From an uncultured Candidatus Actinomarina sp. (GTDB lineage: Bacteria; Actinomycetota; Acidimicrobiia; Actinomarinales; Actinomarinaceae): a stretch of 64,000 nt of DNA. Location: positions 151,493 through 215,492 of the forward strand of contig CACODT010000001.1 in the NCBI GenBank assembly GCA_902626065.1. The letters are read 5' to 3'. The translations under genes and the position numbers were made by a program. The notes under the pieces were generated by a model, which saw only the letters and a list, made by a program, of their open reading frames with translations, was not told the DNA's origin and did no database searches. Below are positions 50,628 to 60,926 of the stretch, in pieces. Each line of letters starts with the position of its first letter. The stretch's first letter is position 1.

Positions 50628-51075
50628 TTTTCTCTATGGTAATGTTCAAAATTCTAAATAAAAAGTAATTGACCACAGATGAAATCAATAATTGATACAA
50701 AAACTGTGGATTTAAATATTCAAGAGAGTAAATAAATTTATATACAAAAATTCCTATTGTAAATGTTGCAAAGTCTAAGAATATATTTTCTTGTTGATTT
50801 GCTATTATGAAGTTCATTAAAACAACCGTTATCAAAAATTTGGCACTTGAAAAACCTAGAATATTTGATGAGAATAAAGAATCATAATAAATCCCTGCAA
50901 TCAAAAAAACGGATATATAAAAATTAGAAAAACGTCTGGTTGAGATTACAAACATTCCTATAAAAAATGGCAGTATCATAAAATAATTGGAGTCAAGAAT
51001 AGTGTTTATTAATAACTCAATAAATAGTAAAAAAACAAAACTAAAGATATTAAATAAATTCTTAAGGTAAATCAT
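50605..51075 (-). CDS. mreD: Probable MreD (diverged)
   Basis: Small multi-TM protein with G..YD.....LG, located between mreC and mrdA. Confidence 0.65.
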   Translation of the reverse strand: MIYLKNLFNIFSFVFLLFIELLINTILDSNYFMILPFFIGMFVISTRRFSNFYISVFLIAGIYYDSLFSSNILGFSSAKFLITVVLMNFIIANQQENIFLDFATFTIGIFVYKFIYSLEYLNPQFLYQLLISSVVNYFLFRILNITIEKNVLKQKI

Positions 51076-51865
51076 TTATCTTAACTATGTACAAATCTGT
51101 AAAAGAAAAAGTTGTATTATTAATCTCCAATGTTGAAGATATCTTATTGTCATCAGTTGTAATCTTTGCATCTGTAAGAGATACAATTGGAAATCTAGAT
51201 GGTTGATCAAATCTTGTATCCGTAAAGATAAAATCTATGTTTGAGGATAACTCCCTAACTAAAGTCGTATAAACCAAAATCTCACTTCCATTATTTTGAA
51301 CTAAATATTCATTACCAAACCTATCCAAACCAGGCATAGAAAAATCTGAATCAGTTAAAAAAATAATTTCTGAATGATTTTGAAAAATTTTATCAACAAA
51401 ACCAATAACAAAACCTTCATCATTTACGACAATATCATCCTTCATAAAGTTTTGGTCATAACCACCTGATACGAGAAATTTGCTTTCATTATTTTTGATA
51501 AATGGAGTTGTTTTTATATAAAAATAGTTAGTCGAATCTACTGATTCTATAAGATTTTTGTTGGAATCCAGTTCATCCTTAAGAAGATCGTTCTCTATTT
51601 TTAATTGTCTTAATTCAAGAACTTCATTCTTTAATCTAATGTTTTCATTTATCAGACTATTTCTTGTTTGAAATAAATCATTATCAAAAAATTCAATATA
51701 ATCAGAAAAATTAATATTTGAAGGAATTAAAAAATTCATTCGCTTTGAGATAGTTGATGATATTTCTTGATTTGAAAAATAATCTAAAACCATTATCGAA
51801 AATGAAAATAAGACGAAAATAACATAAATTATATAATTTCTTACTGTTAAATTTTCATTTTTCAT
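51062..51865 (-). CDS. mreC: Rod shape-determining protein MreC
   Basis: N-terminal TM, EN..LK coiled coil, G.VIG.V beta domain; follows mreB. Confidence 0.8.
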   Translation of the reverse strand: MKNENLTVRNYIIYVIFVLFSFSIMVLDYFSNQEISSTISKRMNFLIPSNINFSDYIEFFDNDLFQTRNSLINENIRLKNEVLELRQLKIENDLLKDELDSNKNLIESVDSTNYFYIKTTPFIKNNESKFLVSGGYDQNFMKDDIVVNDEGFVIGFVDKIFQNHSEIIFLTDSDFSMPGLDRFGNEYLVQNNGSEILVYTTLVRELSSNIDFIFTDTRFDQPSRFPIVSLTDAKITTDDNKISSTLEINNTTFSFTDLYIVKINDLP

Positions 51866-51867
51866 TT

Positions 51868-52911
51868 TTAATTAGGTTTTGGAGAGGATTTTAGTACAGA
51901 ATTGTAATCATCAAATCTCTCCAAACATATACCTGAACCAACTACAACAGTACTTAAGGGGTCTTCCGTCATATTAATTGGAATACCGAGCTCTTCAGCT
52001 ATCTTCCTATCCAGCTGCTTAAGAAGTGAACCTCCTCCTGTAAGCCATGCCCCATATTTATCGATATCTGACACTAGTGCTGGTGGTGTTTGGGATAAGG
52101 ATATACGAACTGCTTCAATAATATCTTGAACAACAGGACTTAAGGCATTTCTTACATCGGATGCTTCTAATAACACTTGTTTTGGAACACCTTTTACTAT
52201 ATCTCGACCTGTAACAGTTACTTGAGGCTCTTTATCAAATTGGTAAGCAGACCCTACGGCATGTTTTAGTGATTCAGCAATTCCTTCATCAACCAGCATA
52301 GAATGTTCAGCTCTTAGCCATTCAATAAGCCTATCAGTCATATCCTCCCCTCCAACTCTTACGGAGTTGGCATTTACAATATCTCCCATTGAAATGACTG
52401 CTATTTCAGTGGTTCCACCACCAATATCAATTACCATGTTTCCAAATGGTTCATAAATTTGAAGACCAGCACCAATAGCAGCAGCCATTGGCTCTTCAAC
52501 TGTGAAGACTTCAGATGCTCCTGTTGCATGAGCCGCAGTTTCAATTGATCTTTGTTCAACGCTTGTAACACCATTTGGTACACACATAACTATTCTTGGT
52601 CTTGAGTATGACCTTCCGATGGCACGAGTTAATAAAGTTTTGACTAACTCCTCTGCCATTTCTATTTCTGAAATAACACCATCCCTTAGGGGCTTGATCA
52701 ACTTAATTGATTCCGGAACTCGACCAACAAGTTTTTTTGCTTCTTCACCTACTGTGAGTATAGAACCATCCTCCTTGTTGACAGCAATAAGAGTTGGCTC
52801 ATCTACAACGACTCCTATGCTTTTGACATATATTAAGGTATTAGCGGTTCCGAGATCGATTGCGATATCATTACCGCCAAAAAGTGATCTTCTTAAATTT
52901 ATTCCAGCCAT
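51868..52911 (-). CDS. mreB: Actin-like MreB
   Basis: IDLGTANT, PLRDGVI, EEPMAAAIG, DIGGGTTE, TGGGSLL motifs. Confidence 0.97.
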   Translation of the reverse strand: MAGINLRRSLFGGNDIAIDLGTANTLIYVKSIGVVVDEPTLIAVNKEDGSILTVGEEAKKLVGRVPESIKLIKPLRDGVISEIEMAEELVKTLLTRAIGRSYSRPRIVMCVPNGVTSVEQRSIETAAHATGASEVFTVEEPMAAAIGAGLQIYEPFGNMVIDIGGGTTEIAVISMGDIVNANSVRVGGEDMTDRLIEWLRAEHSMLVDEGIAESLKHAVGSAYQFDKEPQVTVTGRDIVKGVPKQVLLEASDVRNALSPVVQDIIEAVRISLSQTPPALVSDIDKYGAWLTGGGSLLKQLDRKIAEELGIPINMTEDPLSTVVVGSGICLERFDDYNSVLKSSPKPN

Positions 52912-52955
52912 GTATATACAGATTAATAGCCTGAATAATCAAATTAAATAAAAAT

Positions 52956-53354
52956 TTAATTGTTAAAGAATAGGCCTAATTCTCTTTCAGCGCTCTCTTC
53001 TGAGTCTGAACCATGTACTACATTTTCTTCAAGTTTTGTCGCAAAATCCGCTCTAATTGTCCCTGGATCCGCATCTTGGGGATTTGTCGCACCCATGATT
53101 CTACGGACTTCACTAACGACGTTTTCCCCTTCAACCTCCATTGCTACAACAGGGCCACTCGTAATGAAGGATACTAAATCTTGAAAAAATGGTTTATCTT
53201 TGTGTTCAGCATAATGCTGTTCAGCAAGTTCAGTAGTGATTGACATCATTTTCATTTTTGAGATTTTGAATCCTTCTTGCTCAACCCTATCAATTACCTG
53301 CCCAACTATATTTCTTTTCACACCATCTGGTTTTACCATAAAGAAAGTTTTCAT
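52956..53354 (-). CDS. ndk: Nucleoside diphosphate kinase
   Basis: KPDGV, PGTIRADF, NVVHGSDS motifs. Confidence 0.97.
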   Translation of the reverse strand: MKTFFMVKPDGVKRNIVGQVIDRVEQEGFKISKMKMMSITTELAEQHYAEHKDKPFFQDLVSFITSGPVVAMEVEGENVVSEVRRIMGATNPQDADPGTIRADFATKLEENVVHGSDSEESAERELGLFFNN

Positions 53355-54514
53355 GAATATTCCTTTTTATATTTACCAACTAAATATAAACTTCCCGTCA
53401 ATATAGATGGATTCTTTGATGCATTAAAATCATCCATACTTGCTACTTCAAATGATATTTGATTTGATTCAAGATATTCTTGATAACTTGAAATATCAGC
53501 TTGTCCAAAAAATGAATCATTTTCAATAAGATAAATTTGCTTGAATTTTTCTGAATTGATTTTCGTTATAAATTCAGTAATATTTTTACCTTTTTTCATA
53601 CCTAAATAAACATCAAATTCGCTAATCACATAACTATTCTTTACAAAACTTATCAGTGCCTCCAAGCTAGAAACATTATGTGCTCCATCAATAATTTTTG
53701 GAGGAGTATTAGAGACTTCTTCAAACCTGCCTGAAATTGTTGAATAATTTTCGATTTTATTAATTGTTTCATTTGTGTCTAGCTCATCATATCTTGCAAT
53801 ACACTCAAATACCTTCAATGCAGTCTCAAAATTTACATTGGTCTTATTATCACTTGTATCCTGACAAACAAAAATATCATCATCATTTAAATCAAAATTC
53901 TCATGCATATAGTTTTTATGGAGTTGATACAAATCCGGATCACCAAAAATTACATGTTTCGGATTTTTAGATACTTGAATTTTTTGAAAAAAAATATCTT
54001 TTAAAGAATCACCTAATAAATCCATATGGTCGTAACCTACATTGGTTATACACACAGTATCCGAATTAAGAATTGAAGTAGTATCGTATAGGCCGCCAAT
54101 TCCCGCTTCAACAATAAAATAATCGAACCCACTTTCTAAAAATAACTTTGATGAGATAAGGAAAAGTGTTTCAAAATAGGCAAGTTCAATATTATTATCA
54201 GTTTCAAAATTTTTTAAAACGTTCATATAGGAAGAAATATCTTCTTCTGGGATATTTTCATCGTTTATTTTTATTCGCTCATTTACATCGACCAAATGTG
54301 GTGATGTAAATAGAATTGATGAGATACCATTCTGCATTAAGATTTTGTGCAAGAAGGATGCACAAGAGGTTTTCCCATTTGTTCCAACTACAGATATCGA
54401 CTTTTGTTTCAATATCTCAAGTTCCTGAGTTCCAAAAAAAGAATTTAAGAGATCTAGATTTTTGTTACTTTTACCTATTTTTGAATTTAAGTAGTTCTTG
54501 AATTCATCAGACAC
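53351..54514 (-). CDS. folC: Folylpolyglutamate synthase/dihydrofolate synthase
   Basis: GTNGKTS, FTSPHL, EAGIGG.YD.T, GRFE, DGAHN, GSLYLVG motifs. Confidence 0.93.
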   Translation of the reverse strand: MSDEFKNYLNSKIGKSNKNLDLLNSFFGTQELEILKQKSISVVGTNGKTSCASFLHKILMQNGISSILFTSPHLVDVNERIKINDENIPEEDISSYMNVLKNFETDNNIELAYFETLFLISSKLFLESGFDYFIVEAGIGGLYDTTSILNSDTVCITNVGYDHMDLLGDSLKDIFFQKIQVSKNPKHVIFGDPDLYQLHKNYMHENFDLNDDDIFVCQDTSDNKTNVNFETALKVFECIARYDELDTNETINKIENYSTISGRFEEVSNTPPKIIDGAHNVSSLEALISFVKNSYVISEFDVYLGMKKGKNITEFITKINSEKFKQIYLIENDSFFGQADISSYQEYLESNQISFEVASMDDFNASKNPSILTGSLYLVGKYKKEYS

Positions 54515-57104
54515 TGAATTGATCCCGTGTATCTTTTAATATTTTTATCTCGTTTTCCACCTCTATAACGTTTTGTTGTTCTTCTTTAATCAGTTCGTCT
54601 TTCGCATTTTGAATAAATTTCTCATTCTCTAATCTTGATTTTGAGACAGTTAATGTTTTTGTAAGACTCTCAATTTTTTTATCTAACTTTTTGATTTCTA
54701 CATCAATATCAATGTAATCATCAGCGACTAGAAAAAACTCATAATTTCCCGATTGAAAAATAATTTTTCTTTCATCTTCATTATCTGAGGAAGAAACATT
54801 CAGTTCAACATTCCCAATGTTTGTTAACTGTTTCTTAAACCATTGATCAACATCCTTTTTTGAATTGACCGCTAAAACTTCTTTATTCTTAAGTTGATAC
54901 GTAGCTTTGAAATTTCTTATTTGAGATATGACTTCTTTCAAATTCTCAACATCATTACTGACATTGCTAGATGTATCATTATGTGTTTCTGGCCATGTGT
55001 TGTTAATTAAGAGTTCATTCTCAAAACTTGACCAAATCTCTTCTGTAATATGTGGCATAGCTGGATTCAATACTTTTATACTTTTTAAAAATATATTTCT
55101 AAGCACATACATTGTTTCATTCTTAGTTTTTTCATCATCAATTAGATTCTTAGAAAATTCGAAGTACCAGTCAAATAAATCTGACCACACAAAGTTATAA
55201 ATTAATTTATAAGCATCAGATATTTTATATTTTTCAAATAACTCATTAAATTCATTTAATACTTCATCAAACCTTGATATTATCCATTTATTTTCTGGAC
55301 AGATTACTTCTTTAACCTCTTCAATAAGTTCATCTGCTGGGGAATATAGGTGAACAAATTTTGACGCATTCCATAATTTATTACCAAATTTTTTCGCCGC
55401 AAGTGTCCATTCTTCGTCAAATGGTACATCTTGACCAGGAGCTGCTTTCTCTATCAATGAAAAACGTAAGGCGTCAGCCCCATGTTTTTCTGACAGCTCC
55501 AATGGGTCAATAGTATTTTTAAGACTCTTTGACATCTTTCTTCCTTTTGAGTCTCGAACTAAACCATGAATAAGTATGTCTTTGAATGGAACAGCATCAT
55601 TAAAGTTCAAACCCATCATTATCATCCTGGCTACCCAGAAAAATATTATGTCAAAACCTGTTACAAGTAATGAGGTAGGGTAATATTTTTTTAAATCATT
55701 ACTTTCATCTGGCCAGCCTAAAGTTGAAAATGGCCACAATGCTGATGAAAACCATGTATCTAAAACATCTTTATCTTGTGTTAACTTTAATGAATCAGCC
55801 AGTTTGTACTTAGCCCTAGCTTCAGATTCACTTGTTGCAACGTAAACATTTCCGTCCCCGTCGTACCAAGCTGGTATTTGATGACCCCACCAAATTTGCC
55901 TTGAGATACACCAGTCTTGTATATTGTGCATCCATTCAAAATAGGTTTTCTCCCAATTTTTAGGTATAAACTTAATATTTTCGTTTTCTACCTCGGCGAT
56001 ACTTCTTTCCGCAAGGGTTTTGGTTTTAACAAACCATTGATCAGTAATCATTGGTTCAAGTATGCTTTTAGACCTATCCCCTTTTGGTAATTGAATAATG
56101 TGGTCATCGGCGGAATGAAGAATTCCAAGCTCGGTTAATTCATTTACTATCTTTTCTCTTGCTTCGAATCTATCTATATTTTTATAACTTTCTGGCATGA
56201 AGTCCTCATCTGACATTGTTCCATCCAACTTCATACAAGATATAATCTCTAAACCGTGTTTTAAACCTATTTCATAATCGTTAAAGTCATGTGCTGGTGT
56301 AATCTTGACACATCCTGAACCAAATTCTTTATCAACATATTCATCGGCAATAACTGGGACCTCCCGATTGACAATAGGGATAATGGCTGTTTTCCCAATA
56401 AAACTTTTATATCTTTCATCCTCAGGATTAACCGCGACAGCAGTATCAGCAAGTATTGTTTCGGGCCTAGTAGTAGCGATAGTAATAAATTCATCGCCAC
56501 ACTTGTAATTAACGCTCCAAAGCTTACCATTTTGTTCCTCAAGGTTTACTTCAAGATCAGAGACCGCGGACATAAGTTTTGTATCCCAATTAACCATTCT
56601 TGATCCTTTATAAATAAGACCAGAATCATAAAGACTTACAAATACTTGTCTCACTGCATCGGAAAGTCCTTCGTCCATCGTAAATCTTTCTCTTGACCAA
56701 TCACAACTCATACCAAGTTTTTTCATCTGACTTGAAATGTTCTCTCCTGATTTTTCTTTCCACTCCCAGACTTTTGAAATGAAGTTTTCTCGACCAATAT
56801 CTTCTTTTGTAAGCCCTTTCTCTGATAATTCATTTTCAACTAGTAGTTGTGTAATAATGCCTGCATGATCAGTACCAGGAACCCAAAGTGTTTCAAATCC
56901 TTTTAGCCTCTTTATGCGGACAATAACATCTATTATTGAATGTTCTAAAGCATGTCCCATGTGTAATGAACCAGTTACATTTGGAGGTGGTATTACAATC
57001 GAAAATTGTTTATCCGATTCAACTGGTTTAAATTGATTTTTTAATTCCCACTCGGATTGCCATTTTTGCTCGATACTTAATGGCTCATATGAATCTTCAA
57101 CCAT
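54507..57104 (-). CDS. valS: Valine--tRNA ligase
   Basis: PPPNVTGSLHMGH, WCISRQIWWGH, KMSKS; C-terminal coiled coil. Confidence 0.97.
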   Translation of the reverse strand: MVEDSYEPLSIEQKWQSEWELKNQFKPVESDKQFSIVIPPPNVTGSLHMGHALEHSIIDVIVRIKRLKGFETLWVPGTDHAGIITQLLVENELSEKGLTKEDIGRENFISKVWEWKEKSGENISSQMKKLGMSCDWSRERFTMDEGLSDAVRQVFVSLYDSGLIYKGSRMVNWDTKLMSAVSDLEVNLEEQNGKLWSVNYKCGDEFITIATTRPETILADTAVAVNPEDERYKSFIGKTAIIPIVNREVPVIADEYVDKEFGSGCVKITPAHDFNDYEIGLKHGLEIISCMKLDGTMSDEDFMPESYKNIDRFEAREKIVNELTELGILHSADDHIIQLPKGDRSKSILEPMITDQWFVKTKTLAERSIAEVENENIKFIPKNWEKTYFEWMHNIQDWCISRQIWWGHQIPAWYDGDGNVYVATSESEARAKYKLADSLKLTQDKDVLDTWFSSALWPFSTLGWPDESNDLKKYYPTSLLVTGFDIIFFWVARMIMMGLNFNDAVPFKDILIHGLVRDSKGRKMSKSLKNTIDPLELSEKHGADALRFSLIEKAAPGQDVPFDEEWTLAAKKFGNKLWNASKFVHLYSPADELIEEVKEVICPENKWIISRFDEVLNEFNELFEKYKISDAYKLIYNFVWSDLFDWYFEFSKNLIDDEKTKNETMYVLRNIFLKSIKVLNPAMPHITEEIWSSFENELLINNTWPETHNDTSSNVSNDVENLKEVISQIRNFKATYQLKNKEVLAVNSKKDVDQWFKKQLTNIGNVELNVSSSDNEDERKIIFQSGNYEFFLVADDYIDIDVEIKKLDKKIESLTKTLTVSKSRLENEKFIQNAKDELIKEEQQNVIEVENEIKILKDTRDQFSV

Positions 57105-57108
57105 AGAT

Positions 57109-58377
57109 TTAGGCTGGTTTAGAGTCTTTTTTGTCTTTACTTTGTTTTAGGACCATTTTTGGTTGAATGTCATCAGTCACATTCTCTTTATCAATAATTA
57201 TTGTCTCTATGTCTTTTCTGGATGGTGCTTCAAACATTTCATCGAGTAATAATTTTTCAATAATTGATCTCAATCCTCTTGCACCCGTTTTTCTTTCAAG
57301 GGCAAGTTCAGCCATTGCTTCAAGAGCACCATCTGTAAAGGTAAGTTCAACATCATCAAGCTCAAAAATTTTCTTAAATTGTTTTGTGATCGCGTTTTTT
57401 GGTTCAACAAGAATTTTTATTAATGCATCTTTATCTAATTCATTAACGCTTGTAACAACTGGTAGTCTTCCAATAAACTCTGGTATCAATCCATACCTTC
57501 TCAGATCTTTTGGCTCAACCTTGTCATATATTTTTCTTTCGTTTACTTTATCTTTGCTGCTTAAATTTGTATTGAATCCAACTGAGTTGTCCCCAAGTCT
57601 TTTTCCTATAATTTGATCAAGACCATCAAATGCTCCGCCGACTATAAATAGAATATTTGTCGTATCTATCTGTAAATATTCTTGCTGAGGATGCTTTCTT
57701 CCTCCTTGCGGTGGTACTTGAGCGGTGGTACCTTCTAATATTTTAAGTAATGCTTGTTGCACTCCTTCACCTGAGACATCTCTAGTAATTGATGGGTTGT
57801 CTGATTTTCTCGTAATTTTGTCTATCTCATCAATATAGATGATTCCTTTTTCAGCCTTTTTAATATCAAAGTCTGCTGACTGTATGAGTGTTAGTAGGAT
57901 ATTTTCTACATCCTCCCCGACATAACCAGCTTCAGTCAGTGTCGTCGCATCAGCAATAGCAAACGGAACTTGGAGTATCTTTGCAAGTGTTTGTGCCAAT
58001 AAAGTTTTACCACTTCCGGTAGGTCCGAGAATTAAGACATTGGACTTTTGTATTTCAAGATCATCATTTTTGTCATCGTCTTTATAAATTCTTTTGTAAT
58101 GGTTGTAAACAGCCACAGACAATGTTTTTTTCGCTTCAGATTGACCAATGACAAACTCATTTAATGCCTGGTTTATTTCTTTTGGTAAGGGAAGATGTGT
58201 CTCGTTAGAAGTTTCAAGCGTATCAATTTTTTCTTCTTCGATTATCTCTACGCAAAGTTCAATGCACTCATCGCATATGTAGACTCCTGGTCCAGCAATG
58301 AGTTTAATGACTTGCTTTTGTGATTTTCCACAAAAACTACACTTTAACGGATCAGTTGATGATTCTTTATTAGCCAT
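57109..58377 (-). CDS. clpX: ATP-dependent Clp protease ATP-binding subunit
   Basis: CSFCGK zinc finger, [24 protein letters not shown] loop. Confidence 0.97.
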   Translation of the reverse strand: MANKESSTDPLKCSFCGKSQKQVIKLIAGPGVYICDECIELCVEIIEEEKIDTLETSNETHLPLPKEINQALNEFVIGQSEAKKTLSVAVYNHYKRIYKDDDKNDDLEIQKSNVLILGPTGSGKTLLAQTLAKILQVPFAIADATTLTEAGYVGEDVENILLTLIQSADFDIKKAEKGIIYIDEIDKITRKSDNPSITRDVSGEGVQQALLKILEGTTAQVPPQGGRKHPQQEYLQIDTTNILFIVGGAFDGLDQIIGKRLGDNSVGFNTNLSSKDKVNERKIYDKVEPKDLRRYGLIPEFIGRLPVVTSVNELDKDALIKILVEPKNAITKQFKKIFELDDVELTFTDGALEAMAELALERKTGARGLRSIIEKLLLDEMFEAPSRKDIETIIIDKENVTDDIQPKMVLKQSKDKKDSKPA

Positions 58378-58392
58378 AACCTTACCCTGTTG

Positions 58393-59010
58393 TTATTTTT
58401 TGTCTGCTAACTCCCTTTGAGTTAGTACTTCATCTACTATACCGTATTCTAAAGCTTCTTGCGCAGTCATCCAGAAATCTCTGTCAGTATCAACAGCAAT
58501 TTGTTCAATATCTTTTTTGGTAAAATCTGCCAAAAGTCCATTAATCTGATTTCTCATATCAGTAATGAGCTTTGCTTGAATTTCAATATCTTTTGAAGTA
58601 CCTTCTGCCCCACCAGCTGGTTGGTGTAACATAATCCTTGCGTGTGGAAGTGAGTATCTCTTACCTGGAGTTCCTCCAGCAAGAATCACTGCACCTGCTG
58701 AAGCAGCAAGTCCCATACAGACTGTTGCAACATCTGGCTTTATGTATTTCATTGTGTCGTATATAGCAAACAATGAAGTAATTGAACCACCTGGGGAGTT
58801 TATGTATATATAAATGTCTTTCTCAGGATCTTCTGATTCAAGATGTAAAAGCTGTGCCATTATTAGGTTTGCAACTCCATCGTCAATTGGAGTACCAAGA
58901 AATATGATTCTATCTTTTAAAAGCCTTGAATAAATATCAAAAGCTCTTTCGCCTCTATTTGTATTCTCAATAACTGTAGGTACAACATAATTTGAAGGCT
59001 CTTTTTTCAT
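58393..59010 (-). CDS. clpP: Clp protease proteolytic subunit
   Basis: DIYSRLL, YINSPGG, AASAGA (catalytic Ser), MLHQP. Start re-called to ATG 59010. Confidence 0.97.
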   Translation of the reverse strand: MKKEPSNYVVPTVIENTNRGERAFDIYSRLLKDRIIFLGTPIDDGVANLIMAQLLHLESEDPEKDIYIYINSPGGSITSLFAIYDTMKYIKPDVATVCMGLAASAGAVILAGGTPGKRYSLPHARIMLHQPAGGAEGTSKDIEIQAKLITDMRNQINGLLADFTKKDIEQIAVDTDRDFWMTAQEALEYGIVDEVLTQRELADKK

Positions 59011-59011
59011 T

Positions 59012-60328
59012 TTATTCTTCCTCTCTTGTATCTGTATCTTGATTGTACACATCTTGAAGATATACTTTTTCACCATTTTTATCTACCGACGATCCAGACT
59101 TTAAAACATGAATCATTGCCTTATTTCTTAAGGATTCTGCTTCTAGATTAAGTCTATGTGTAGTGTTTTCGACATCATCTTGATTGTCATGTGATTTCAT
59201 ATGCTCTTCAATCACTGCAACATCCTCATCTTCAAGTTTTATGTCTAGGTCTTCAATGACTTTATCTAGTATCACGACCATGGTTAAATTTCTAGTAGCT
59301 TGTTTATTAAGATCATCCCGTAATGTCTCCTCAGTGAGTCCAGTTACTTGAAAGTAATCCTCAAGTTTTATGTTGTTTTGGGCCAACTCATTGATAAAGT
59401 TTTGCAAGATGCTGTCCATTTCAGCAACTACTAATTGTTCAGGTAGCTCAATCTTTGCCTCTTCAATAAGTTTGTTTGTTAACTCTGCCTGATATTGAGA
59501 GGCTACTTGTCGTTTTTTAATCATCTCAATATTCTTTTCAAGCTCTTCTTTAAGGTTTTTGATATCATCAAACTCAGTAGTTTCAGAAACCCACTCATCT
59601 GTTAAATCAGGAAGGATTTTCTCTCTTACCTCTTTTACTAAAACAGTAACCTCAACATTTTCCTCTCCCAATTGTGGAAGATTTTCATCGTACTTCACAA
59701 TTGCACCGGGAGATACTGCTTCCAATTTAGAATCGAGCTGAGCAGTTAACGTATTAGAGCCAACTTCATACAAATAATCTTGAAAATTAAAATCTTTCAA
59801 ATCGTTATTGTTCTTTCTTGCTGAGATATTTACAAGAGCATAATCTCCGGACTTAAGTGGCCTTTCAACTTTTGAAACCTCCGCAAATTGTGTTCTGACC
59901 CTGTCAATTTGATCATCAAGTTCATCTTCAGTTGGCTTTATTGACTCAACCTCCACTTCCTGTTCTAGTTTTGGAAGTTTGGATAATTTTGGCCAAAGGG
60001 TGATTAATACATCTATTTCAAAGTTCTTTTCCTTTTTATCTATCTTTTTAATTACTGGTCTTGTTGCTGGATTGATTTCTTCATCTTTAAGAATTGAAAA
60101 TAATTTTTCAGGTAAAAAGAGTTCAATTGCCTCCTCGTTTATTGCATCTTCACCAACTTCTCTTGTAACTATATTTGGCGGTATTTTTCCTGGCCTAAAG
60201 CCCTTAATTTTTAAATTTTTTGAGATTCTTTTAATTGCCTCATCTTTATATTCTTCAAGGTCTTTATTGTCTACTTTTAGATCAAGTTGTCTCTCAAAGT
60301 CACTTGTATTCTTTATTTTATATTTCAA
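59012..60328 (-). CDS. tig: Trigger factor
   Basis: GFRPGKIP ribosome-binding motif; TTG 60328 behind AGGAG. The ORF-track extension lies inside tRNA-His. Confidence 0.93.
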   Translation of the reverse strand: MKYKIKNTSDFERQLDLKVDNKDLEEYKDEAIKRISKNLKIKGFRPGKIPPNIVTREVGEDAINEEAIELFLPEKLFSILKDEEINPATRPVIKKIDKKEKNFEIDVLITLWPKLSKLPKLEQEVEVESIKPTEDELDDQIDRVRTQFAEVSKVERPLKSGDYALVNISARKNNNDLKDFNFQDYLYEVGSNTLTAQLDSKLEAVSPGAIVKYDENLPQLGEENVEVTVLVKEVREKILPDLTDEWVSETTEFDDIKNLKEELEKNIEMIKKRQVASQYQAELTNKLIEEAKIELPEQLVVAEMDSILQNFINELAQNNIKLEDYFQVTGLTEETLRDDLNKQATRNLTMVVILDKVIEDLDIKLEDEDVAVIEEHMKSHDNQDDVENTTHRLNLEAESLRNKAMIHVLKSGSSVDKNGEKVYLQDVYNQDTDTREEE

Positions 60329-60348
60329 TTGTTCTCCTAAATAAGGTG

Positions 60349-60424
60349 GGTGACCGACGGGATTTGAACCCGCGACCTCCTGGACCACAACCAGGCGCTC
60401 TAACCAAACTGAGCTACGATCACC
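60349..60424 (-). tRNA. tRNA-His(GTG), encoded G-1
   Basis: GGTGATCGTAGCTCAG...CCTGG-TTGTGGT-CCAGG...GGTTCAAATCC...GGTCACC. Confidence 0.95.
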
Positions 60425-60428
60425 CCGG

Positions 60429-60502
60429 CGCTCTCGATAGGACTCGAACCTATAACCTACAGATTAGAAGTCTGTTGCTCTATCCATTTGAGCTACGAGA
60501 GC
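60429..60502 (-). tRNA. tRNA-Arg(TCT)
   Basis: GCTCTCGTAGCTCAAATGGATAGAGC-A-ACAGA-CTTCTAA-TCTGT...GAGAGCG. Confidence 0.95.
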
Positions 60503-60508
60503 CTCTCG

Positions 60509-60579
60509 AGCGGGTGAAGGGAATCGAACCCTCATAGCCAGCTTGGAAGGCTGGAGCTTTGCCATTAAGCTACACCCGC
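60509..60579 (-). tRNA. tRNA-Gly(TCC)
   Basis: GCGGGTGTAGC...CCAGC-CTTCCAA-GCTGG...GGTTCGATTCC...ACCCGCT. Confidence 0.95.
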
Positions 60580-60584
60580 GCTAG

Positions 60585-60659
60585 TCGGGCTGGTGAGATT
60601 CGAACTCACGACCTCCTGCTCCCAAAGCAGGCGCTCTAGCCAAGCTGAGCCACAGCCCG
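60585..60659 (-). tRNA. tRNA-Pro(TGG)
   Basis: CGGGCTGTGGCTCAG...CCTGC-TTTGGGA-GCAGG...GTTCGAATC...AGCCCGA. Confidence 0.95.
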
Positions 60660-60754
60660 CACGTCTAATTATTGTTCCATGATAATGGTTTTATGGAAAC
60701 AATAAATCAAAAAAAATATAGTTAAGTAACATGAGTTAAGTTAATCTGTAAAAA

Positions 60755-60827
60755 GGGTCGCTAGCTCAATTGGCAGAGCAACGGACTCTTAATCCGCAGG
60801 TTCGGGGTTCAAGTCCCCGGCGACCCA
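60755..60827 (+). tRNA. tRNA-Lys(CTT)
   Basis: GGGTCGCTAGCTCAATTGG...CGGA-CTCTTAA-TCCG...GGTTCAAGTCC...GCGACCCA. Confidence 0.95.
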
Positions 60828-60838
60828 CGCGACATTTA

Positions 60839-60921
60839 GCGGATGTGGCGGAACTGGTAGACGCGCTAGATTTAGGATCTAGTGAGCTTTGCTCGTGGAG
60901 GTTCGAGTCCTCTCATCCGCA
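60839..60921 (+). tRNA. tRNA-Leu(TAG)
   Basis: GCGGATGTGGCGGAACTGGTAGACGCG-CTAGA-TTTAGGA-TCTAG, long variable arm, ends CATCCGCA. Confidence 0.95.
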
Positions 60922-60926
60922 CAAAT

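Noticed and set aside
60349-60921. GC-rich, semi-repetitive block resembling a repeat array or foreign DNA
   Set aside because: Fully explained by six tRNA genes; there are no identical repeats with spacers and no cas genes.
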